Position numbers and translations under genes: made by a program. From positions 1-64,000 of the IMG/VR virus record IMGVR_UViG_3300017971_000228: a stretch of DNA of 64,000 bases; one strand, given 5' to 3'. This document shows, in pieces, positions 36,301 through 43,926 of this stretch (positions are counted from its first letter, which is position 1; the number at the start of each line of letters is the position of its first letter). This DNA is from a virus. The notes beneath the pieces are model-generated. The model was not told the DNA's origin. It saw only the letters and a program-made list of their open reading frames with translations, and made no database searches.

Positions 36301-37574
36301 CCGGGGCGGGGTTGACCCAACTCGGCGGAATGTCCACATCCATGATGGCTGAAGTGCAAAGTGAAGCCAATGATGCTTTGGTTGCCCAGAAGTTGGATCA
36401 CCTAGTCGCTGTAGCTGATGGCGATGATCCGGTCAATGATTCTATCATCGCCAAGATCACTGCCAGCACCGGTGACTGGAGTGACTTCAGCGCAAGCACC
36501 CAGTCCCTGGTTGTGCTGGCGACCAACCAGGCAAACATCGAGACCGATACGGCCGAAATAGGTACGGCGGGGGCTGGCCTTACCCAACTGGGCGGACTCT
36601 CCACCTGCGCTATGGCTGAAGTCCAGAAGGAAGTTGATGACGGTCTGGTTGCACAGAAACTGGACCACCTGGTTAACGTAGCTGACTCTGATGATCCTGC
36701 CGACAATTCCATCATGGCGAAGCTGGCTGCGTCGGGTGGGGACTGGAGTACCTTCAGCCCCAGTTCTGACGCCCTGGAAGCTCTGGCGGACAACCAGTCC
36801 GATATCGTGACGGACACAGCAGAGATAGGCGCAGCCGGGGCAGGGCTGTCAGCGATTCCCTGGAACTCTGACTGGGACACGGAGGTGGAGTCAGAAGTTG
36901 ACGATGCGTTGGGCGGGGGTACGGGAACATCACTCACAGCTGTCCCGTGGAATAGCGACTGGGACACGGAAGTCCAGAGCGAGGTCAACGACGCGCTGGT
37001 TGCGCTCAAGCTAGATCACCTGGTAGCAGCATCGGAATCTGACGATCCCGTTGACAACTCCATCCTAGCCAAGCTGGCTGCCAGCGGAGGGGATTGGAGC
37101 GCCTTCAGTCCCTCAAGCGATGCTCTGGAAGCGGTGACTGACAATATCAACCAGGTCAGCACTGCGACCGGACTCAGTGCTTCAGATGTACTGAGTGCCA
37201 GTGATCTGATAGCGGCGTCGGACATCGCCGACGCAGTCTGGGATGAAACCAGCGCGGGGCATACCGATGCCGGCAAGGCCGGGCTACAGATGTGGACCGA
37301 CGTCGATGCCATCCTATCAGATACGGGAACGGACGGGGTGGTCCTATCTACGGCGACGCAGCAGTCCATTGCCGATGAAACGCTGAAGCGGGATGTGTCC
37401 AACGTAGAGAGCAGTGCTTGTGATCACTCGCTGACGACTATCGTTCTGGCCACACTGGAATCCAGTACGGCGGCCTCGGTCTGGACCATCAAGCAGACGG
37501 ATGGGTCCACAACCTACCAGACGAAGACACTGACGCTTGACGGCTCGGCGAGCGCGATCACTGGGGTGTCCTAG
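33327..37574 (+). CDS. 1415-aa modular repeat fibre/appendage protein
   Basis: Recurrent LDHL...DNSIIAKLAASGGDWS, DTAEIGAAGAGLT, PWNSDWDTEV and ANGDTSAFD modules. Confidence 0.8.
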   Translation: MPFLKQATAACLMMGPFVSEDDGYSACNDISIDASMVLLSKAGAAIAAMNSSTSPEHSGSGYFQVTLDTTDTGTLGTLKVAVSVSPTLPVWETYDVLSSCVWDAWFSDGAKMTVDVDGGVVSASDLVSASDITSAVIPASNIDAQMSTLATAAGVISASDVLAASDVQASACAALSAYKLDHLVFEADADDPADNSIIAKLAASGGDWSTFTASLNSLEAMTDNQSDIVTDTAEIGAAGAGLTAVPWNSDWDTEVESEVDDALGGGTGTALTAVPWNSDWDAEVQSEVNDALVALKLDHLIATSEADDPVNNSIIAKLAASGGDWSTFTASLNSLEAITDDVGDVNAATGISASDVLSSSDLDKALTDINLDHLLKTATAGSDMTTEVADNTVMARILANGDTSAFDQGTDGLQLIRDKLTDIETDTGEIGAAGAGLTQLGGMATSMMAEVQSEANDALVALKLDHLVAAAESDDPVDNSIIAKLAASGGDWSTFTASLNALEALADNQSDIVTDTAEIGAAGAGLTAVPWNSDWDTEVESEVDDALGGGTGTALTAIPWNSDWDTEVQSEVNDALVALKLDHLIATSEADDPADNSIIAKLAASGGDWSTFTASLNSLEAITDDVGDISAAQSIAASDVLSSSDLDKALTDINLDHLLKTATAGSDMTTEVADNTIMARILANGDTSAFDQGTDGLQLIRDKLTDIETDTGEIGAAGAGLTQLGGMATSMMAEVQKEVDDALVAQKLDHLVNVADSDDAADNSLIAKLAASTGDWSDFTGSLNSLVVITNNQANIETDTAEIGAAGAGLTQLGGLSTCMMAEVQSEVNDALVAVKLDHLVFAAETDDAADNSIIAKLAASTGDWSDYTASLNSMVIQTTNQANIEADTQDLQSQIGTAGAGLTQLGGMATSMMAEVQSEVNDALVALNLDHLLATATAGSDMTTEVVDNTILSRVLANGDTSAFDPTTDGLQLIRDKLSDIETDTGEIGTAGAGLTQLGGMSTSMMAEVQSEANDALVAQKLDHLVAVADGDDPVNDSIIAKITASTGDWSDFSASTQSLVVLATNQANIETDTAEIGTAGAGLTQLGGLSTCAMAEVQKEVDDGLVAQKLDHLVNVADSDDPADNSIMAKLAASGGDWSTFSPSSDALEALADNQSDIVTDTAEIGAAGAGLSAIPWNSDWDTEVESEVDDALGGGTGTSLTAVPWNSDWDTEVQSEVNDALVALKLDHLVAASESDDPVDNSILAKLAASGGDWSAFSPSSDALEAVTDNINQVSTATGLSASDVLSASDLIAASDIADAVWDETSAGHTDAGKAGLQMWTDVDAILSDTGTDGVVLSTATQQSIADETLKRDVSNVESSACDHSLTTIVLATLESSTAASVWTIKQTDGSTTYQTKTLTLDGSASAITGVS

Positions 37575-37834
37575 TGGCCAAGACGCGGGACCTTCTGAAC
37601 TGGGTTCTGCACTGGCTGTCGGCTGGTGCCGAACCCACGCGGAGGGTATCCGTTGACCTGACTTCTGATGTAGCGCGGAGCTTCGTGGTCATCTGTGACA
37701 TGGACCGGACTACAGACTTTACCCACGACATAGCGCGGAGCTTCACGCTCGTCTTTGACGTGGATCGCACGCCGGACTTCACGCACGACGTGGCGCGTAG
37801 TTTTACAGTGACAACGGACAGGAAAAATGCCTGA
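37574..37834 (+). CDS. Small virion-associated protein with internal repeats
   Basis: D(L/F)T.D(V/I)ARSF repeated three times. Confidence 0.55.
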   Translation: MAKTRDLLNWVLHWLSAGAEPTRRVSVDLTSDVARSFVVICDMDRTTDFTHDIARSFTLVFDVDRTPDFTHDVARSFTVTTDRKNA

Positions 37835-38132
37835 AGTTCACATGAACGATACGGGGGCCTCCATCATCTGCCTCATCCGGGAGGGGACGGCGGCCCTGGA
37901 CATAGGATCTGCTACGGCGATGGCCATTCACTATCAGAAGCCGGATGCTACAACGGGATCCTGGTCGGCGTCGCTGTACACCGACGGTTCGGACGGGAAG
38001 ATGTTCTACGAAACGGCGGCCTCTTCGGACCTGTCTGCGTCGGGGTGGTGGAGCATCCAGCCAGCCTTCACGCTGGGCGACTGGACAGGGCGGGCGGAGA
38101 CCAAGGAATTCGAGGTGCTGGCGAACATCTAG
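37827..38132 (+). CDS. BppU-like Ig-fold structural protein
   Basis: NDTG...LDIGSAT...KPD...DG...Y.....DL...G.W..Q. Confidence 0.6.
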   Translation: MPEVHMNDTGASIICLIREGTAALDIGSATAMAIHYQKPDATTGSWSASLYTDGSDGKMFYETAASSDLSASGWWSIQPAFTLGDWTGRAETKEFEVLANI

Positions 38133-38145
38133 GGGGATTATCATT

Positions 38146-38676
38146 ATGGCTTACGGTAGCGCATCGGGGGTCGCAGCCCTCTGCAAGCACCTCACTAACG
38201 AAGGCGACGGGGCCTTCAACAACGACACGACACCTACTCGTCGGCAGGTGCTGGCCTTCCTGGACGACGGCTCTGCGCTGATGGACGCGGAGATCGCCCA
38301 GCATGGGTTTACTACACCCGTCTCTGCCAGTCTGGTGGTAGCGGTACTGGACCCCATCGCGGAGTACTACGCCGCGGCCATGGCGGAGAGCATCGAAACG
38401 GTCTCCCGTTCTGACTGGCAGGGGACCAGCGAGAGCTCGAAGCCGACGCACTGGATGGACATGCACCGCGACTCCATGGACCGGATCCTGTCGGAACGGG
38501 GACGGGCGCTGGCTATTCTGGGAGCGGGGAGGGGCGTGGACCTGTCGGAGTACCTGCATGCCGGCGGGCTGAGTGAGGATGAGAAGGACACCTGGGAAAG
38601 TGACAGCGACTTCATTCAGCCACGGTTCAAGGTGGGGATGATGGAATACAAGACGGTAGACTGGAGAACGGTGTAG
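38146..38676 (+). CDS. Head-tail adaptor/connector
   Basis: MAYGSASGV...TTPT...V; position. Confidence 0.6.
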   Translation: MAYGSASGVAALCKHLTNEGDGAFNNDTTPTRRQVLAFLDDGSALMDAEIAQHGFTTPVSASLVVAVLDPIAEYYAAAMAESIETVSRSDWQGTSESSKPTHWMDMHRDSMDRILSERGRALAILGAGRGVDLSEYLHAGGLSEDEKDTWESDSDFIQPRFKVGMMEYKTVDWRTV

Positions 38677-39179
38677 TGCCGGTCCTTCTGAAGATCTCCA
38701 CCCAGGGTTTTGAGGCGACGGCGGGGCGGTTCGCACGGGCGCAGAGCTTCCTGCCGCATAGCTTCCAGCAACGGCTGGGAGAGCTGATGCGCAGCATCCG
38801 GGACGTGGTGCGGGCCGAAGCACCGCCCAATCTGAGCCGATACGTGACGCACCGAACGGAGATGCTATCCCATAGTCCGGCAAGGGCGCTGGGGAAGATC
38901 GACCTGGAGCAACCGCCGAACCCACCCTATCCAGCGGAAATCTGGGACTACATCATCAAGGGGACGAAGCCCCACCCGATTGTACCACGTCGGGCGCGGG
39001 CGCTGGCCTTCTACTGGGAGAAGGTAGGGGCGGACGTAGTACTGCCCCACGTAAATCATCCCGGTACGGACCCCAACGACTTCCCGGCGAGGGCGTGGCG
39101 CAGGATCGGGAGGGGGCATCTAGAGCGGACGGCGGCGAAGATCGGGCTGGACGTGGTGGGAGTGCTGGGGGGACAATGA
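38676..39179 (+). CDS. Neck protein (HK97 gp10-like)
   Basis: GTKPHPIVP...AL.F.....VNHPGT.PNDF. Confidence 0.7.
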   Translation: MPVLLKISTQGFEATAGRFARAQSFLPHSFQQRLGELMRSIRDVVRAEAPPNLSRYVTHRTEMLSHSPARALGKIDLEQPPNPPYPAEIWDYIIKGTKPHPIVPRRARALAFYWEKVGADVVLPHVNHPGTDPNDFPARAWRRIGRGHLERTAAKIGLDVVGVLGGQ

Positions 39180-39598
39180 GCTGGACGGGGGTACGAAGCG
39201 GGGCCTGTAGCCTGCTGATTGCGACCAGCATCTACGAAGCTGACAATAATACAGGCTGGATTGACCCAGGCGTACTGGACACGACGACATGTCGCTGGGC
39301 GGCCATCTTCGCACCGGGGCCTATTGAGATCCCGCGTACGACCTTCGGCAGCCATCACGTCACTTGGTCGCTCATCCTGCAGACCTGGATTATCAATGAC
39401 GGCAACTTCGACAACTGGCAGGACGACCACGATACGGTGATCCAGGACACGGTGGATGCGCTGCGGTCGGATGATACGCTGGGGGGGAGCTGTGACAACG
39501 CCGTCATCAGCCTGGTAGACATCAGCGTAGAGGAACGGGGAAACCGGCGGTACGACGTGTTGAGCTGGCTAATAGAAGCAGAAGAGTACGGACTGTAG
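39176..39598 (+). CDS. Tail terminator/completion protein
   Basis: ALRSDDTLGG motif; position. Confidence 0.6.
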   Translation: MSWTGVRSGACSLLIATSIYEADNNTGWIDPGVLDTTTCRWAAIFAPGPIEIPRTTFGSHHVTWSLILQTWIINDGNFDNWQDDHDTVIQDTVDALRSDDTLGGSCDNAVISLVDISVEERGNRRYDVLSWLIEAEEYGL

Positions 39599-39622
39599 AT
39601 GGACTGAGTCGAAAGGAAGGAG

Positions 39623-40801
39623 GTGCGGTTGCGATTTCTGTTCGTAGTAGCGGACAGCGCCCGCGAATGGAACTGTTCGGAATGGCGGGTGGCAATCCCG
39701 ATGAGGGCGATTAACAACACAGAGGGTCACAGCGCAGTGGCGATAAACTGGGAGCAATTCGGGCATTTTGAGAGACCGGATGTCCAAGACGTGGTTATGC
39801 CGGCGGATCTGGTGATCTACCAGCGGAATCTCTTTTGTGAACCGTACTTCTCAGCCGTCGAGTACTTCCAGGGGCTGGGCAAGCCGTTCATCCTGGACCT
39901 GGACGACTCCTATCCCATCTTGCCCTGGAGCAACCCAGCCCATGGGTTCTGGATCCAGAACGTCCGGAAGATGGACCCGGAGCCGCTGAAGGGGCTGGAG
40001 ATCGGGGTACAGCTGGTGGACGCGGTGTCGAGTCCCAGCAAGATGATCTGCCAGGACTGGGCGCATCTGAACACGCCGATCTGGCTACCCAACTTCGCAG
40101 AAGGTGGATGGTACAAGGACTTGCCGGGCAAGGCGGAAGAACTGAAGGACCGGATTGTCATTGGCTGGGGGGGCAGCATCAGCCACTATGATGGGTTCTG
40201 GCTCTCAGGGGTGCGGCAGGCGCTGGAGAACATCTGCCAACGAAGACCGGAGGTACTGTTCAAGTTCTGCGGGAACGACGGGCGAATCTATCTCCAGCTT
40301 CCGGTAGGTACATCGCAGAAGATGTGGCAGCAGGGGGTGCCGCCCAGCCAGTGGCCCAAGGTCATCTCTACCTTCGACATCGGGCTGGCGCCGCTAGACC
40401 TTATCGGGGGGTATGAATCACGCAAGAGCTGGCTGAAGGGGCTGGAGTACATGCTGGCAAAGGTGCCCTGGATAGGTAGCGATGGGCCATCCTACAGCGA
40501 CCTGCGGCATCATGGGCTGATGGTAGGCAACAGCCCGGCAGAGTGGGAAGAGGCACTGGAATACATGATAGACCATCTCGAAGAGGAGAAGGAGAAGGCG
40601 GCGGGTGAACCCTATGAATGGGCGCAGACGCTGACGATGGAGAACAACGTAGGGTTCTACGTTCAACTGGCACAGAAGATGGCGGGGCTAAGGTCGGCGG
40701 CAATGGGGCTGCCGGGGTTAATGCACGTAGGGGCGAAGCGACCGATAAGCGTGAAGGACGTGACACCACTGGAGGATCTGATCTATGTCAAAGCTGCTTG
40801 A
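39623..40801 (+). CDS. Glycosyltransferase (GT-B, GT4-like)
   Basis: WRVAIP, YQRN, DLDD, LPN, IGWGGSISH, DIGLAPL, KSWLKGLEY. Confidence 0.85.
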   Translation: MRLRFLFVVADSAREWNCSEWRVAIPMRAINNTEGHSAVAINWEQFGHFERPDVQDVVMPADLVIYQRNLFCEPYFSAVEYFQGLGKPFILDLDDSYPILPWSNPAHGFWIQNVRKMDPEPLKGLEIGVQLVDAVSSPSKMICQDWAHLNTPIWLPNFAEGGWYKDLPGKAEELKDRIVIGWGGSISHYDGFWLSGVRQALENICQRRPEVLFKFCGNDGRIYLQLPVGTSQKMWQQGVPPSQWPKVISTFDIGLAPLDLIGGYESRKSWLKGLEYMLAKVPWIGSDGPSYSDLRHHGLMVGNSPAEWEEALEYMIDHLEEEKEKAAGEPYEWAQTLTMENNVGFYVQLAQKMAGLRSAAMGLPGLMHVGAKRPISVKDVTPLEDLIYVKAA

Positions 40802-40994
40802 CGTTGAGGGGTTGCTGGACGAACGGGAGCCGCTGCAGCGCGGGGTATACCAGTTCGTGACGACTTGGTATGAACGACTGAAGCTAGAATACGAAGGAGT
40901 GAATCTGGGAGAATGCCTACAATACAACCTGAGCCAACTGTGCAACCATCGGGTGCTGGCGGAGATGGAGAAGGCACGGGCCAAACCGCTGTGA
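40785..40994 (+). CDS. Hypothetical protein (possible N-terminal partner of the next gene)
   Basis: LEYEGVNLGECL; overlaps both neighbours. Confidence 0.5.
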   Translation: MSKLLDVEGLLDEREPLQRGVYQFVTTWYERLKLEYEGVNLGECLQYNLSQLCNHRVLAEMEKARAKPL

Positions 40995-42265
40995 AGCCGG
41001 TCATCGTCCTGAGTGGGGGGCCCGCGGTCGTTCCCCTGGTAGCGAAGTTCGACGGGGACGGGAAGGTGACGGACCCGCTACTGTCGGGGGAGTACGATCT
41101 GGCATTCCTGTACCCGCAGGTAGCAGACCAGTTCAGGGGACGGGGACTGGAGTGCTTCAAGATTGACGACGGGACGACGGGGCAGGACAACAACGACGCT
41201 ATCAACTGGGCAGTTCAGAAGGCGATGCCGCTTCTGGCGTCACTGAAGGGTAGAAAGCAAAGCCGAATACGGGAGTGCTTCCCGCAGGACCAGCGGATTC
41301 TCAAAGTGGTGAGCGGGGGGTTGCTGGACTGGATGCCGGGGTACGTGGTCTCGTCGATGGCGCGGATGCACATGCGCATCACGGTCTGGAAGCGGTTCTG
41401 GGATTCGCATGACGTCCGGCTGGTGGTGACGCACGAGGACGTGGCAGAGGACACGAAGGCCCTGGTGCAGTTTGCCAGGGCGCAGGGAACGCCGACGCTG
41501 CACGTGCCGCACTTCAACCATGGCAGTCTGCCGAGGCCCATGCCGGACCTACATGACTCTATCAACTGTGACTACGCAGCGGTAGCAGGGACCTACATGC
41601 GGGGGTGGCTGGCGGAGAGGGGCATGGACCCGGACCATATCCGCATCACGGGGCATCCTGCCTGGGACCGATACGCGCACATCAACCCGGACCGCTACTG
41701 GGCGCGGGCGATGATGCGGCTGAATCCGGCAAGGAAAGCGGTCTGCTATGCAGCGGACTGGGTGCTCTGGACGACGCTATGCTACCACGAGCATACCCCG
41801 CAGGCAGGGTGGCGGGCGATGCTGGGAGCAGCCAAGGCGCTGACTCAGGAGGGGTGGATACTCATCTGCAAGGCACACCCGGGGGCCAAGGAGACCAACG
41901 CGGCATGGCACGCTAAGACAGCGGAGGACACAGGCGTGGAATGCGTGGTCACTGACAGGCATCTGGATGTGGTGCTACAGGCTGCGGATGTGTTTGTGAG
42001 CAACGGATTCTCAAACATCATCGCTGAAGCGGCCATGGCGGGGGTGCCGGGCATCACGCTGGGGCCGGGGTATCTGGATGAACCGGCGGTGCCGGGGGTA
42101 GAGTACGATGCGGAGGCGCTGTACCTGAAGATCAAGGAGGTCCAGGCGACCAGGGAGGCATGGCAGGAGAAGTTGCTGCCGGCTTTCATGACTCGCTTCG
42201 TCGGGCCGAATGACGGGCAGGCAGCGGATCGCATCGTGGAGTGGTGTCGGGAGTTGGCAGGATAA
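40991..42265 (+). CDS. GT-B fold protein (capsule-synthesis / CDP-glycerol transferase / epimerase-like); candidate CMP-nonulosonate transferase
   Basis: HVPH, ITGHPAWD, CKAHPG, SNIIAEA...GVP, DGQAADRI. Confidence 0.65.
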   Translation: MKPVIVLSGGPAVVPLVAKFDGDGKVTDPLLSGEYDLAFLYPQVADQFRGRGLECFKIDDGTTGQDNNDAINWAVQKAMPLLASLKGRKQSRIRECFPQDQRILKVVSGGLLDWMPGYVVSSMARMHMRITVWKRFWDSHDVRLVVTHEDVAEDTKALVQFARAQGTPTLHVPHFNHGSLPRPMPDLHDSINCDYAAVAGTYMRGWLAERGMDPDHIRITGHPAWDRYAHINPDRYWARAMMRLNPARKAVCYAADWVLWTTLCYHEHTPQAGWRAMLGAAKALTQEGWILICKAHPGAKETNAAWHAKTAEDTGVECVVTDRHLDVVLQAADVFVSNGFSNIIAEAAMAGVPGITLGPGYLDEPAVPGVEYDAEALYLKIKEVQATREAWQEKLLPAFMTRFVGPNDGQAADRIVEWCRELAG

Positions 42266-42273
42266 GCTGACCT

Positions 42274-42351
42274 AACGGAATAGTCTAGCGGACTTATCGG
42301 GCGACCGCGTCTCTCTGTCCTTGGGGGCAGGGGGTGGTCGCCTTTGTTTTT
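42274..42351 (+). terminator. Terminator/antiterminator leader, copy 3
   Basis: AACGGAATAG...GCGG-ACTTATC-GGGCGA-CCGC; GGGCGACC/GGTCGCCT stem followed by TTGTTTTT. Confidence 0.7.
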
Positions 42352-42363
42352 GAGGAGGATCCA

Positions 42364-42819
42364 ATGCCGCACGTACACGGCAAGAACGTCGATGTGAAGA
42401 TACTGGACGTGGACGCTGTAGAGCAGAACATCACGTCGGACGGCAACAGCGTCACGCTCACCTGGACAAATGATATCGCTGAACTTAGGGCCTTTGGTGC
42501 GGCGGCACTGGAGAAGCTGGAAGGTGTCCCGGACTGGGGCTGGGAGTTCGCCGGATACTACCATACCACGGCATCGCAGATAGACGAGATTCTGGGCAAC
42601 ATCGCTACCTGCGTGTCCAGTTCTACAGCCGCCTGCATTGCCTTCGGGGGTGCGGGGGCGACGGAAGTGGGGTGTCCCTTCTGGTATGGCAACTGTATTC
42701 TGGCAGAGTATGCAGTCGAAGCACCGTCTGACGGGCCGGTGACGGTAACAGCCACTTTCGCGGGCAGTGGTGCTCTATCGCGGGCAGCCATCGCCGCTGG
42801 CGGGTCCTGGACTCCATAA
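42364..42819 (+). CDS. Tail tube protein, copy 1
   Basis: HVHGKN...ELRAFG...LEG..DW..EFAG...YAVEAPSDGPVTVTATFAGSG. Confidence 0.8.
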   Translation: MPHVHGKNVDVKILDVDAVEQNITSDGNSVTLTWTNDIAELRAFGAAALEKLEGVPDWGWEFAGYYHTTASQIDEILGNIATCVSSSTAACIAFGGAGATEVGCPFWYGNCILAEYAVEAPSDGPVTVTATFAGSGALSRAAIAAGGSWTP

Positions 42820-42840
42820 CAGTAGGTAGGAGGACAACAC

Positions 42841-43266
42841 ATGCCACACGTGCATGGTAAGAACGTAGACCTGAAGATCATCACCGTAGACGGCAGTCTC
42901 CGCCGGATCGAAACCGACGGCAACTCTGTCACGCTGACCTGGACCAACGACATCGCTGAGCTGCGACCTTTCGGGGCAGCGGCCATGGAGAAGCTGGAGG
43001 GGGTGCCTGACTGGAACTGGGAGTTTGCAGGCTACTACCACACGGCAGCCAGCCAGATTGACGAGCATCTGGCCAACATCGCCACCTGCGTGTCCAGCTC
43101 TACATCGGCATCCATCGCCTTTGGCGGAAGCACGGCAGGCTGCCCGATGTGGTACGGCAACTGTATTCTGTCGGAGTATGCCGTGGAAGCGCCAAGTGAC
43201 GGGCCGGTGACGGTGACAGCTACTTTTGCGGGAAGCGGGGCGTTGAGCCGAGCTGCAGTAGCCTAG
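42841..43266 (+). CDS. Tail tube protein, copy 2
   Basis: Near-identical paralogue of 42364-42819. Confidence 0.8.
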   Translation: MPHVHGKNVDLKIITVDGSLRRIETDGNSVTLTWTNDIAELRPFGAAAMEKLEGVPDWNWEFAGYYHTAASQIDEHLANIATCVSSSTSASIAFGGSTAGCPMWYGNCILSEYAVEAPSDGPVTVTATFAGSGALSRAAVA

Positions 43267-43278
43267 TGAGGGAGTAGG

Positions 43279-43605
43279 ATGAACATACGGATTGACTGTT
43301 CGGTCGAAGGGCATGAAGGGGAGTATGTGGAGTACAAGCCGCTGCGGCTGAAGGACCGACGGCGGTTCATGGAAAGTGTAGGTGAGGAGAACATCTGGGC
43401 AGCCGTCCGCGACTGTTTGGTACGGTGGAAGCTCACCGACGCGGACGGTGGGGCGGTCGCGGATGTCGCGCCTGATACCACGCTGGACGATCTGGGGGAA
43501 CTGGAAGAGCCGATGTACTCCTGGCTCGTCGGTTCCTTCACCGAGTGCATCATCGAGGGGAGGCGACGGGCACAGTCCTCCCCTTTCTCCGAGACGTCGC
43601 CCTAG
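43279..43605 (+). CDS. Tail assembly chaperone (gpG-like)
   Basis: Between tail tube and tape measure; slippery C CCT TTC near the 3' end. Confidence 0.75.
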   Translation: MNIRIDCSVEGHEGEYVEYKPLRLKDRRRFMESVGEENIWAAVRDCLVRWKLTDADGGAVADVAPDTTLDDLGELEEPMYSWLVGSFTECIIEGRRRAQSSPFSETSP

Positions 43606-43925
43606 CCTATCGGGGCGAAGGGGCCCTACCCTACGAAGTGGAAGTGGTGATGACGGCGAAGGAGTTCGGCGTCACGCCCAGCGAAATTGAAGATGAAGAG
43701 GATGCACTGCTCCACATTGGGCTGGAAGGGCAAGCGGTGTTGCGGGCGCTGGCCGCCAGAGACGCCTTCCTGGGGTCCAAGGGAAGGGTCCGGTGGACGC
43801 CGGCGCAGGGGCGCATCATCATGCGGGTTGACGAGATACTGAAAGAAGAGGGGGTGGAGAAGGAACGGGAGTTCAAGGAGGACTTCGTTGAGTCGGATCT
43901 GGCGGGGATCAACATAGAGGACTAG
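43581..43925 (+). CDS. Tail assembly chaperone -1 frameshift extension (gpGT-like)
   Basis: Heptamer CCCTTTC at 43581-43587; -1 frame open to 43925; EFGVTPSEIE motif. Confidence 0.72.
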   Translation, partial: PFLRDVALAYRGEGALPYEVEVVMTAKEFGVTPSEIEDEEDALLHIGLEGQAVLRALAARDAFLGSKGRVRWTPAQGRIIMRVDEILKEEGVEKEREFKEDFVESDLAGINIED

Positions 43926-43926
43926 C

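Noticed and set aside
33327-37574. Possible CRISPR array or DGR in the repeat region
   Set aside because: Repeats are in-frame protein modules with synonymous variation; no spacers, no reverse transcriptase, no adenine-specific variation seen
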